This document shows positions 18,239 to 26,898 of a stretch of DNA of 32,000 bases, in pieces. The stretch lies in assembly GCF_003010495.1 (NCBI RefSeq), contig NZ_CP027570.1, positions 2,446,943 through 2,478,942 of the forward strand. Direction: 5' to 3'. The stretch is from Megasphaera elsdenii DSM 20460 (GTDB lineage Bacteria; Bacillota; Negativicutes; Veillonellales; Megasphaeraceae). Position 1 is the first letter of the stretch; each line of letters opens with the position of its first letter. Made by a program: the position numbers and the translations under genes. A model generated the notes under the pieces. It ran no database searches, was not told the origin of the DNA, and worked only from the letters and a program-made list of their open reading frames with translations.

Positions 18239-19035
18239 GAATCACACTCCAATACGGCATAGCCAATGCGGCTGTATTTACCGCCATATAAAACAGCTTC
18301 CGGGAAATCGCGGCAGAGTTGGCGGAAATCCCGCTCCTTGATGACGACCCGGCGCCGGGCTTTCTGCAGCGCCCGTTCAATCAGGTCCCGCGTCAGACCG
18401 CCGTGTTCCATAATGGCCCGGACGGGCTGGAACTGGCAGCTCGCCTCGACAGGCCGCTGGAACATGGGATCGAAATAGAGGACGTCGTACACGGGCCCTT
18501 CGTCGGATAATAGGTAATCGCGATAATCGCCACGGCGCAGAGAAATCCGTCGCAGTGCCGCCGTGACGTCGTCTTTCTTGTGGACAAAATGGGAAAAGCC
18601 CCACGATGTGACCGCTTCCAATAGGGGTGACACCTCCAGGGCATCGACGCGTGACCCAGTAGGCAAGCCAAAAGAAGCAACGGCCGCATCGGCGCCAAAG
18701 CCGCAGGTGCAGTCGAGGACGGTGATAGGCAGCTTGGAAGACCCCCTCCCCATCAGCGCTTCCAAGAGATGGTCGCGCTGGCCTTTCCGCAAGTTCTGGA
18801 TGCGTAGTTCGGCCATGTTGAGACTGAAGAAATGGCTGCCTTCCGGACGGTCGATTTGGGGTCCCCGCGACGAATAGACGAGGAAGTCCTCGCCGTATTC
18901 ATCCATCAAGTCCTGGATAGTCCGCTGGTGCCGCAACACATAGGTGAAGCCCTGGCTTTCGGCCCAGGCCTTCCCTTCACATTGTAATTTTTCTTTGGCC
19001 TTCAATGAAGGCACGACGTAAATCATATGAGTCAT
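18226..19035 (-). CDS. Class I SAM-dependent methyltransferase, RsmJ/DUF548-like (putative 16S rRNA m2G methyltransferase)
   Basis: 269 aa. VLDCTCGFGADAAVASFGLPTGSRVDALEVSPLLEAV resembles the RsmJ motif VxDATAGLGRDAFVLAS...ERNP, and LYFDPMF is present. The gene overlaps the mutL stop by 4 nt and the miaA start by 13 nt, suggesting translational coupling. Confidence 0.6.
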   Translation of the reverse strand: MTHMIYVVPSLKAKEKLQCEGKAWAESQGFTYVLRHQRTIQDLMDEYGEDFLVYSSRGPQIDRPEGSHFFSLNMAELRIQNLRKGQRDHLLEALMGRGSSKLPITVLDCTCGFGADAAVASFGLPTGSRVDALEVSPLLEAVTSWGFSHFVHKKDDVTAALRRISLRRGDYRDYLLSDEGPVYDVLYFDPMFQRPVEASCQFQPVRAIMEHGGLTRDLIERALQKARRRVVIKERDFRQLCRDFPEAVLYGGKYSRIGYAVLECDSWKK

Positions 19036-19688
19036 GTCCGTTTAAATAAATGGGCTAATTCTTTCGGTGTAAAGCGGATGATCGTCGGCCGGCCATGAGG
19101 GCAGACATAGGGTTTTTCCGTATGGAACAAATCATCCAAAAGTTGTTTCATCTGGCGGATATTGAGGCTGTCGCCGGCTTTGACAGCACCGTGGCAGGAC
19201 AGATAGGCCAGGGAACGATGACGGACCATGGCTTTATCCGGTTCCTTCTGGTCGTGTAAGAGCAGGCAGATATCTTTCAGGGAATCAGCAATATCGCTGG
19301 TCTGCAAATCGCAGGGTACTTCTTCCACGCGCAGCGTCGTCGGCCCGGCTTCAGAATACGTATAACCCAGGTCGTTGAAGACGTCCTGCCGTTCCAGCAG
19401 AAGCGTCATATCGTCGCTGTCGACATCGACGAACTCCGGCGTCAGCAGCTGCTGGCTCGGCATCCGTTCGACACGCTTACAAAAGGTATCATAGCGGATC
19501 CGTTCGTGGGCGGCATGTTGATCGACGATATATAAATCCTGGCCCTTCTTGGCAATGATGAAGCAGTCCGCCACTTCTCCCAAAGGAATGAAGACGTCGT
19601 CATCGCCATCAAAGACGATTTTCGGCGCCCCTGCCTCGGAAACGACAGATGTCGCCTCTGACGGGCCGCCTTGTCCATGCTGGGCCAA
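19032..19688 (-). pseudogene. mutL: mutL C-terminal fragment (dimerisation/endonuclease domain), out of frame with the N-terminal fragment
   Basis: PLGEVADCFIIAKKGQDLYIVDQHAAHERIRYD, SCHGAVKAGD and CPHGRPT are the endonuclease-type MutL C-terminal-domain motifs. The frame is open upstream to a TAA at 19782-19784, and the first start-like codon is TTG 19688. There is no SD and the frame differs from the N-terminal ORF. Confidence 0.85.
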
Positions 19689-19744
19689 AGCCTGGGAAAA
19701 GAGACTGGGTTGATCGGCTCCCCCACGTTCTTGGCGGGCACCCC

Positions 19745-20207
19745 ACGCAGGAGGCTCCCCTAATAGGCCCTTTGGGCCCGGTTAGGACCATCCGCAAGAG
19801 GCTCCCCTGATAGGCCCTTTTGGGCCCGGTCAGGACCATCCGCAGGAGGGTTCAGGCCGGCTGCCCAAACGGAGAGCCCGGCTGGAGCTGTCCGCGCAGC
19901 GGACTGAGAGGTTGTCTTTTCCTGCGGGCCGGCTGGAGCTGTCCGCTGCGGGCCGCCCTCTGGGACGGCCCCTACGGAGGTTGCTTTCTCCCACTGCGGG
20001 CCGCCCTTTGGGACAGCCCCTACGGTGGTTGTTTTGCCACCCTCTTGCGGGCGGGCGCCCCACACAAGAGGCTCCCCTGATAGGGGAGCTGTCCGCGTAG
20101 CGGACTGAGAGGTTGCTTTCTCCTGCGGGCCGCCCTTTGGGACGGCCCCTACGGAGGTTGCTTTTTCCTGCGGGCCGCCCTTTGGGACGGCCCCTACATC
20201 GACACCG
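19745..20207. repeat. Array of REP-like palindromic units (families B, C and D) embedded in the mutL interdomain linker
   Basis: Family C unit CTGCGGGCCGCCCTTTGGGACGGCCCCTACGGAGGTTGCTTT occurs at 20167-20197, 20122-20166, 19994-20036 and 19946-19990. Family B occurs at 20068-20122 and 19881-19922. Family D (GAGGCTCCCCTRATAGGCCCTTTGGGCCCGGTYAGGACCATCCGCA) occurs twice in tandem at 19751-19796 and 19798-19844. Confidence 0.85.
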
Positions 20208-21226
20208 ATGGTCTTGGCGATGGCTTCGGGCTTTTCCTGGGCCACCAAGGCCGTGACGATACTGTGGTAAATGGCCCGATAAACGGCTTGTTCATCGGAG
20301 AATTTGATTTCCGTCTTGGCAGGATGGACATTGACGTCGATCGTCGCCGGGTCGACATGGAGATGGAGCATGGCAAAGGGATAGCCCGATTTCGGCAGCA
20401 TGGCGTGATAAGCATTGTCGATGGCTTTGAACATCAAAGGATTATGGACGATGCGGTGATTGACGATGCACGTCTGCCAGTTGCGGTTGCTCTTTAAGAC
20501 CGACGGCTTGCCTACATAGCCTTCCAGGCTGATGCCGTCCTGGTCGGCAGAGATGGCAAAGACATCGCGGGCGACGTTGGCCCCGTAGATATTGGCAATC
20601 GTTTCCCGCAGGTCCCCTGTACCGCCGGTCTTCATCGTCGTCCGGCCATTATTGGTAAAGGTAAAGGCAATAGCCGGATTGGCTAGAGCCAGTTTAGTCA
20701 CCATTTCAGAGATTTTCGAACTTTCTGTCCGTTCGCTCTTGAGGAACTTGCGCCGCGCTGGCGTATTGTAAAAGAGGTCGCTTACTTCCATCGTCGTCCC
20801 GACCGGTGCACCGGCCTGGTCTTCTGCTGTAATTTCGCCCCCATCGAGGATGAGGTGCGTGGCAAAATCGTCGTCAGCCTGGCGCGTCGTAATCTGCATG
20901 TGCGATACGGCAGCAATACTGGGCACGGCTTCGCCGCGGAAGCCCAGAGACGTAATGGCAAAGATATCTTCGACAGAACTGATTTTGCTCGTGCCGTGAC
21001 GGATGATGCACTTATGGGCATCTTCCGGACTCATGCCGCAACCGTCGTCAGTGACCCGCATATAGGACTGGCCGCCATCGGCGATTTCCACTTCAATGGC
21101 ATGGGCACCGGCATCAATGGCATTTTCCACCAATTCCTTGATGCACGACGCCGGCCGTTCGACGACTTCGCCGGCAGCGATTTTATTGCGCGTCGCTTCA
21201 TCTAAGACATGAATGATTGAACTCAC
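19760..21226 (-). pseudogene. mutL: mutL N-terminal fragment (GHKL ATPase + transducer domain + repeat-filled linker) ending at TAG 19760-19762
   Basis: IHVLDEATRNKIAAGEVVERPASCIKELVENAIDAGA...DDGCGM...SLGFRGEA are the canonical MutL N-terminal-domain motifs. After about residue 335 the sequence becomes VGAVPKGGPQEKATS repeats. The stop lies inside a family D repeat, and the start overlaps the mutS stop by 4 nt. Confidence 0.9.
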
Positions 21227-23820
21227 TGGATCCCACTTCCTTCTTTGGCATCTTTTTGCAGATTATATAAGAAAGAAATCGCTTCAATCGGCGTCATACT
21301 GCTGACATCGACACTGAGCAGCTTATCGATGACGGGACTGGAAAAGAGATTGTCCCCCATGGGTGACGGCGCAGGGTTCACAGGCGCCTTGGCCGGGACG
21401 GGAGCGCCGCCGTTCTTTTCCAAATCTTCCAAAATGACGTCGGCCCGCTTGAGCAGGCTTTCCGGCAAGCCGGCCAGGCGCGCCACGTGCAGGCCGTAGC
21501 TGCGATCGGCGCCGCCGGGAATGATGCGCCGCAGGAACTTGATGTTCTTGCCCCGTTCCTTGACGGCGACCGTATAATTCTTGATTTTCGGCGAATCGTC
21601 GGCCATGGCGATGAGTTCGTGATAATGCGTCGCAAACAGCGTCAAGGCGTGGATATGCTTCAGGCAGTATTCGATGACGGCCCTGGCGATGGACATGCCG
21701 TCAAAGGTGCTCGTCCCGCGGCCGATTTCATCGAGGATGAGCAGGCTGCGGCTAGTCGCATGTTTCAGGATGTACGACACTTCCTTCATTTCCATCATGA
21801 ACGTACTCTGACCGGTGAGGATATCATCGCTGGCGCCGATGCGGGTAAAGATGCGGTCTACCGGGCAAATAGACCCTTCCTTGGCCGGAATGAAGGAGCC
21901 AACTTGAGCCATGAGGACCAACACGGCGACTTGGCGCATATACGTCGACTTACCGGCCATATTCGGTCCGGTAATGACCAGGATTTCATGATCTTCATGG
22001 TTCAAAGTGACGTCATTGGGAACGAACAATTCGTCTTTCAAATACTTTTCAATAATGGGATGACGGCCGTCCTTGATGGAAATCGTCGCCTTCGTGTTGA
22101 GGCTGGGACGGACGTAGCGGTTGTCATAAGCCGCGCAGGCCAGGCTGTACAAGCAGTCGATGCGGGCAATGGCCCGGGCCGTTGCCTGCATGGCCGGGAT
22201 ATGTCCCTGGATCTGACGGCGGATGTCGCCGAAAAGCTTATATTCCAAAGCCAGCATCCGTTCCTGGCTGGTCAGGACTTTGACTTCAAACTCCTTCAAT
22301 TCCGGCGTGATATAGCGTTCGGCATTGACCAAGGTCTGCTTGCGTACGTAATAATCGGGAATGGGCTTGGTATTGGCATGGGAAATCTCGAAGTAATAGC
22401 CAAAGACTTTGGTATAGCCGATTTTCATCTTAATGCCGGTCTTTTCCTTTTCCTTCTCTTCCAGTTCCTGCAAAAAGGCATGGCTGTTGGCCGCAATGGA
22501 ACGGATTTCATCGAGTTCCGGCGAAAAACCATCGCGGATGACGCCGCCGTTGCGGATGACCAATCCCGGTTCGTCCTTGATGCCCCGGCAGAGCAGGTCA
22601 TAGACGTCGTCATGGGTCTGCAAGCGGTCATTGAGGTTGTGCAGGAGGTCGGCGCTGGCCCCGGCCAAGACGTTTTTGAGCTGCGGAATGACGGCCAGCG
22701 ATTCCCGCAGGGCCACTAAGTCTTTCGGGCTTACCGTTCCCGTTTCGATACGGGTCAGGATGCGTTCAAAGTCGTAGATCCGGTTCAGCACGTCAGCTGT
22801 ATCTTGGCGCATGATTTCGTGGAGGACGAAGTCTTCGACGGCATCTTGGCGGCGCGTAATATCGGCAATGCGGATAAGCGGCGCTTCCAACCACTTGCGC
22901 AGGAGCCGCCCGCCCATAGCCGTCTGGGTCTTGTCCAAGACATCGAGGAGCGTCCCCCGGCGGCCGCCGTCGCGGACGTTCTGCGTGATTTCCAGATGGC
23001 GCAGGCTGGCCGCATCGACGACCAGGCGCCGGTCATTGTCGATGTGTTCCAGGGAATTGATGTGAGAAATATCGGACTGCATGACGTCGCTGACATAGTC
23101 CAGGAGCATGCCGATGCAGTCGCCAGCCGCTGTGGCAGCCGCAAAATCTTCAGGCGGGAAATAGGACCGGGCCTGTTCGCTATAATCGACGTTGTCATCA
23201 GCAGGAAATTCCGTGACCGTACATTGCGCCAAATGGCTTCGCAAGTATTCGCGGACAGCGTCCATATCCTTCCCCATATGGGCGTAAATGAGTTCACTCG
23301 GTTCGTAGACGGCAAGGATATCGAACAAGGAGTCTTCCATGACCGACGCAGCGCAGTCAGCCCACAGACATTCGCCGGTCGTGACGTCCATAAGGGCCAT
23401 AGAAAGGATGCCTTCTTTTTCATTCAGGCAGCCGATGTAATTGTTCTGCTTCGACGCTACGGCATTTTCCAGGGTAATCGTCCCTGGCGTAATGACCTTG
23501 ATGATCTTGCGCTTGACCAAGCCTTTCGCCAGCTTCGGGTCCTCCATCTGTTCGCAGATAGCGACCTTATAGCCTTTGTGGACCAGCCGTTCAATATAGG
23601 TATCGGCCGAATGAAAGGGCACGCCGCACATAGGGACTTTTTCCTTATTGCCGCCAGCCCGGCCCGTCAAGGTCAGGTCCAATTCGCGCGACGCCGTCAG
23701 GGCATCGTCAAAAAACATTTCATAGAAGTCGCCGAGGCGGAAAAAGAGGATTTTATCCTGGCACTGCTCTTTGACTTCCATGTACTGCTGCATCATAGGC
23801 GTTAATTTTTTTCCTGCCAA
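21223..23820 (-). CDS. mutS: DNA mismatch repair protein MutS
   Basis: LTPMMQQYMEVKEQ...FFRLGDFYEMFFDDA, Walker A GPNMAGKSTYMRQ, and DEIGRGTSTFDG. The likely start is TTG 23820, giving (M)AGKKLTPMMQQY, with SD AAGGAAGG upstream and no overlap with miaB. The maximal ORF reaches ATG 23865. The gene ends in TGA. Confidence 0.95.
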   Translation of the reverse strand: MAGKKLTPMMQQYMEVKEQCQDKILFFRLGDFYEMFFDDALTASRELDLTLTGRAGGNKEKVPMCGVPFHSADTYIERLVHKGYKVAICEQMEDPKLAKGLVKRKIIKVITPGTITLENAVASKQNNYIGCLNEKEGILSMALMDVTTGECLWADCAASVMEDSLFDILAVYEPSELIYAHMGKDMDAVREYLRSHLAQCTVTEFPADDNVDYSEQARSYFPPEDFAAATAAGDCIGMLLDYVSDVMQSDISHINSLEHIDNDRRLVVDAASLRHLEITQNVRDGGRRGTLLDVLDKTQTAMGGRLLRKWLEAPLIRIADITRRQDAVEDFVLHEIMRQDTADVLNRIYDFERILTRIETGTVSPKDLVALRESLAVIPQLKNVLAGASADLLHNLNDRLQTHDDVYDLLCRGIKDEPGLVIRNGGVIRDGFSPELDEIRSIAANSHAFLQELEEKEKEKTGIKMKIGYTKVFGYYFEISHANTKPIPDYYVRKQTLVNAERYITPELKEFEVKVLTSQERMLALEYKLFGDIRRQIQGHIPAMQATARAIARIDCLYSLACAAYDNRYVRPSLNTKATISIKDGRHPIIEKYLKDELFVPNDVTLNHEDHEILVITGPNMAGKSTYMRQVAVLVLMAQVGSFIPAKEGSICPVDRIFTRIGASDDILTGQSTFMMEMKEVSYILKHATSRSLLILDEIGRGTSTFDGMSIARAVIEYCLKHIHALTLFATHYHELIAMADDSPKIKNYTVAVKERGKNIKFLRRIIPGGADRSYGLHVARLAGLPESLLKRADVILEDLEKNGGAPVPAKAPVNPAPSPMGDNLFSSPVIDKLLSVDVSSMTPIEAISFLYNLQKDAKEGSGIQ

Positions 23821-23834
23821 AGTCTCACCTTCCT

Positions 23835-25163
23835 TTAGTGCACTAAGTGACCTTTGAGGACCCATGTCTGGCCCTTGTCGACCTGGACCGGCACGGTATC
23901 ACCGATAGCGACGGAGCCGTCATTTTCCCAAATGATCATCTTGTTGCCCGTCGTCCGGCCGAACCAGTGATTGGCGTCATTCTTAGTCGGCCCTTCGACG
24001 ATGACATCATAGACATGGTCTTCCATTTCTTTATTCTTGGCTCAACTATAGACGTTCTGTACTTCCATCAGGCGCTGAAGGCGACGGCTCTTTTCTTCCT
24101 GCGGAATCTGGTCTTCCATCTTCGCTGCCGGTGTCCCTGTCCGCGGCGAATAAATGAACGTATAAGCCATATCGTACTGGACGCGTTTGAGCAGGTTCAG
24201 CGTATCTTCAAACATGGCTTCCGTTTCGCCAGGAAAGCCGACGATGATGTCCGTCGTCAGGACCAAGTCGGGCATGCGCTTGCGGGCATAGTCGACGAGT
24301 TCCAAGTAATGTTCCACCGTATAACCGCGGTTCATCTTCTTCAAGAGCTCATTGGAACCGCACTGGATAGGCAGATGCATGTGGTTGACGACCTTCTGGC
24401 TGTCGGCAATGGCGTCGATCATGGCAAAGGTCATATCCTTGGGATGGCTGGTCATGTAGCGCACCCGTTCGATACCGTCGATATCATCGACAGCGGCGAC
24501 GAGCTTGGAGAAATCCGTGCCGTCTTTGAGATCCAGACCATACGAATTGACGTTCTGACCGAGCAAGGTGATTTCCTTGTAGCCTTCAGCGGCAACCTTC
24601 TTGATTTCTTCCACAATGGCGTCGATAGGGCGGCTCACTTCGCGGCCCCGGACATAAGGCACGATGCAGTACGTGCAGAACTTGTTGCAGCCGTTCATGA
24701 TGGGAATCCAGGCAAAGAACTTCTGGAAACGCTTGACCGGCATATCGTGGAAGGCCGGCAGGCTCATGTCGGCAGCCATATAATGGTCGGCCTTGCTGCG
24801 CCGTTCCTGGATGAGCTCGATGAGCTTGTGGATGTTGTGCGTCCCAATGACCAAGTCGATATGAGGCGCCCGCTTGAAGAGCTTATCCTGCCATTCCTGG
24901 GCCATGCAGCCCGTGACGGCAATGATCAAATCGGGGTTCTGCGTCTTCAAGTGCTTGAGTTCGCCAATCTTTCCCAGCGTCTTGTCTTCCGCCGTTTCGC
25001 GGACACAACACGTATTGATGAGGATGACATCGGCTGTATCCAAATCCTCCGTATGATGATAGCCCAGCTCTTCTAACTGCCCGGCATAATGCTCACTGTC
25101 AGACATATTCGCCTGACAGCCGTAGGAAATAATATGATAAAATCGATTGCTCTGAAAATCCAT
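23835..25163 (-). pseudogene. miaB: tRNA-2-methylthio-N6-dimethylallyladenosine synthase MiaB, interrupted by one in-frame TGA (24042-24044) between the radical-SAM core and the TRAM domain
   Basis: ORF 24042..25163 carries the UPF0004 domain (YGCQANMSDSE) and the radical-SAM motif CNKFCTYCIVP. ORF 23835..24026 is a TRAM domain (VYDVIVEGPTKNDANHWFGRTTGNKMIIW). The two are in the same frame, separated only by TGA plus five sense codons. Confidence 0.9.
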
Positions 25164-25211
25164 GTAATCTCTCCGTTTTTCACAAAAATCATAATTTAGG
25201 GTTTACAGTAT

Positions 25212-25241
25212 ATAATACCATATATGGGCCGCCTATGTGAA
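25212..25241 (-). promoter_or_regulatory. Putative promoter of miaB-mutS-mutL
   Basis: On the minus strand: -35 TTCACA (25241-25236), 18-nt spacer ending in TGg, and -10 TATTAT (25217-25212), about 50 nt upstream of ATG 25163. Confidence 0.4.
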
Positions 25242-25700
25242 GGGCTTTTTAGGGCCTAGCGGCCCCGTTCATCGTAGGTCGTTCATCGTTCATCGAATTT
25301 TGGGGACTGACGGCCCGCCGGTCGCCGGTCGCCTCGGACTCAGATGCCGCTTCGCGGCAATAACCTCCGACTAACAACATCGCCTCGAGTGACCTTCGGC
25401 TCGTGGAAAAAATCGTGGCTCGTGGTTCGTGGTTTGTAAAACCTCACCATTATACTCGAATGGGCTGTGGTCGAATCTCACAGCGGGCCGCCAGCCACGG
25501 CTGTCCGTTTTGGCAACCGTCTTGCACCTCCCGTTGGTCGGCACCTGTCGGGCCAAAAAGGCTTCTAGGCCGGCCCCTACGCACAAGGCCGTTAGCCATT
25601 GTATTTGGGTTATATTCGGTAAACGACCTTCCCACTCATCGCCTGTATGCGATACGTAGGGGCCGACCTGTCCAAGGCGGCCCGCCATCTGCGGCCTGCG
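25226..25700. repeat. Non-coding, GC-rich spacer of about 475 bp made of degenerate REP-like units and short tandem repeats
   Basis: Family-C-like units with GGCCCCTAC/GTAGGGGCC occur in both orientations: 25551-25583 (GGGCC...GGCCGGCCCCTACGC) and 25646-25676 (reverse complement GCGGGCCGCCTTGGACAGGTCGGCCCCTACG). Short tandem repeats are GTTCATCG x3 (25267-25296), CCGGTCGC x2 (25318-25333) and TCGTGG x4 (25401-25432). All ORFs here are Arg/Pro/Gly-rich and unconvincing. Confidence 0.65.
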
Positions 25701-25701
25701 T

Positions 25702-26525
25702 TCACTGGTCCTCGTGTCTCCGTTTGATGCGGTAGACGGTGGATTGGCCGATACCGAGTGCTTTGGCGATTTGGGCACCGCTTTTGCCTTCACGGCTCAT
25801 TTTTTCAATCATTTCATAGGTGCGCCCCCTGAGATGGCCTTCTTCGTCAAGTTTTCCCCGTTCCTCAGCAACAACATCCCGAGGCATGACACGCAAGACG
25901 TCTTTTACCTGAATCGTCTGATTCTTGACGACCAGCACCAGTCGTTCGATGATATGGGCCAACTGCCGTACATTACCGGGCCAGGGCTGATTCTTCAAAA
26001 GCTCCCAGACATTGGTATCAAAGGTCCCGATAAGATCCGTAACCCCTTGGGACGCGGCCCGCCGGATAAGGTCCCGCAATTCCCGTTCATCATATTCCGG
26101 CGCCAAGCGATAAAAAGAGACATCCATGACCTGCAACGCATCTTCCAAGTCATCATAGTAATCGCGGAGGGCAAAGGGGATGATAGCCCCTAGTTTCCCG
26201 CCTTTAGGGGTAAAATAAATACACCTCAACAGATCCAGGACACTAGGCTGAATCACATAGACCTGTACCTGAGGATAGGAAGCCGCCAGCTTCGTCGCCA
26301 TCGGTTCCCAGGCAAAAAAGCGACCACTTCCGAACGGACGGCTTCTGCAATCTGAAGCTTGGCCCCTTTACGCGCCCCGTTAATGAGGATAACCTGTGAG
26401 GGTTCAATCCATCGGGATACCCGTGTCATCTGCTGGACCATGTCATAGGCAGCCCCATTCAGCGTAATAACAAAAACTTTTAAGTTTCCATTTACCAATC
26501 CCGCGTAAAATCTCTCGTCATTCAT
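25702..26525 (-). pseudogene. PrpR_N-domain regulator derived from a sigma-54 activator (no AAA+ core; lid + HTH retained), frameshifted at a T6 run
   Basis: ORF 26253..26525 gives KVFVITL...VILINGARKGAKLQIAEAVRSEVVAF. ORF 25702..26301 gives VQVYVIQPSVLDLL...GVTDLIG, fused directly to WPGNVRQLAHIIERL and the HTH SGAQIAKALGIGQSTVYRIKRR. The frames join at ttttttg (plus-strand A6 at 26314-26319). Confidence 0.7.
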
Positions 26526-26644
26526 ACCTGCTCCTTTATATTTTTAAAAACGGTCTCCAGCAATATTGAACGTAGTATTAATTCAATATTTGATTTATAT
26601 TTTGTATTGAATACGTACATTATACAATAACTGAGAAGAAAACA

Positions 26645-26693
26645 CAAAAAAGCCAGCACCGGATGATTTGACTCATCGAGTGCTAGCTTTTTC
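26645..26693 (-). terminator. Rho-independent terminator after the RHH gene
   Basis: Minus strand reads AAAAAGCTAGCACTCGATGA-GTCAAA-TCATCCGGTGCTGGCTTTTTTGTGTT, a long imperfect stem followed by T6. Confidence 0.65.
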
Positions 26694-26698
26694 ATGAT

Positions 26699-26884
26699 TT
26701 AATGTCTCATATCATTCTGACCTGGAGCCTTTACTTCAAAGGGAATCCGTTGTTCCCGGACAGCGGTCTTGATGAACAAGATGATCGCTGTAGACATGCT
26801 CAGTCCAACGGAATCACAGAAGGCTTCAAAGTCTTCTTTCAACTCCTTATTGATACGAAAAGATACTCCAATTTGTGAAGCCAT
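26699..26884 (-). CDS. RelB/DinJ-family ribbon-helix-helix protein (antitoxin-like, no toxin partner visible)
   Basis: 61 aa. VSFRINKELKEDFEAFCDSVGLSMSTAIILFIKTAVREQRIPFEV matches the RelB/DinJ pattern. SD AGGGGGA lies 7 nt before the ATG, which is 14 nt downstream of the adhesin stop. Confidence 0.8.
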   Translation of the reverse strand: MASQIGVSFRINKELKEDFEAFCDSVGLSMSTAIILFIKTAVREQRIPFEVKAPGQNDMRH

Positions 26885-26898
26885 AATAGTCCCCCTTT

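Noticed and set aside
19745-20207. Possible CRISPR array, given the regularly spaced repeats of about 45 nt
   Set aside because: There are no unique spacers between the units, because the units abut each other. Several different unit types are interleaved, the region lies inside mutL, and no cas genes are nearby.
24042-24044. Selenocysteine or alternative genetic code (TGA as Trp or Gly) as the explanation for the miaB in-frame TGA
   Set aside because: I could find no convincing SECIS-like hairpin in the 60 nt downstream. As far as I recall, the aligned position in MiaB homologues is not Cys. TGA clearly terminates mutS (21223-21225) and the helicase (14181-14183, followed by a terminator), so standard code 11 applies.
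25300-25420. tmRNA-like start (tGGGGACTGAcgg...)
   Set aside because: There is no GGAUUCGAC-type acceptor/T-arm pairing, no tag reading frame ending in a typical ...LAA stop, and no 3' tRNA-like end (GGUUCGAnUCC...CCA) within 400 nt on either strand.
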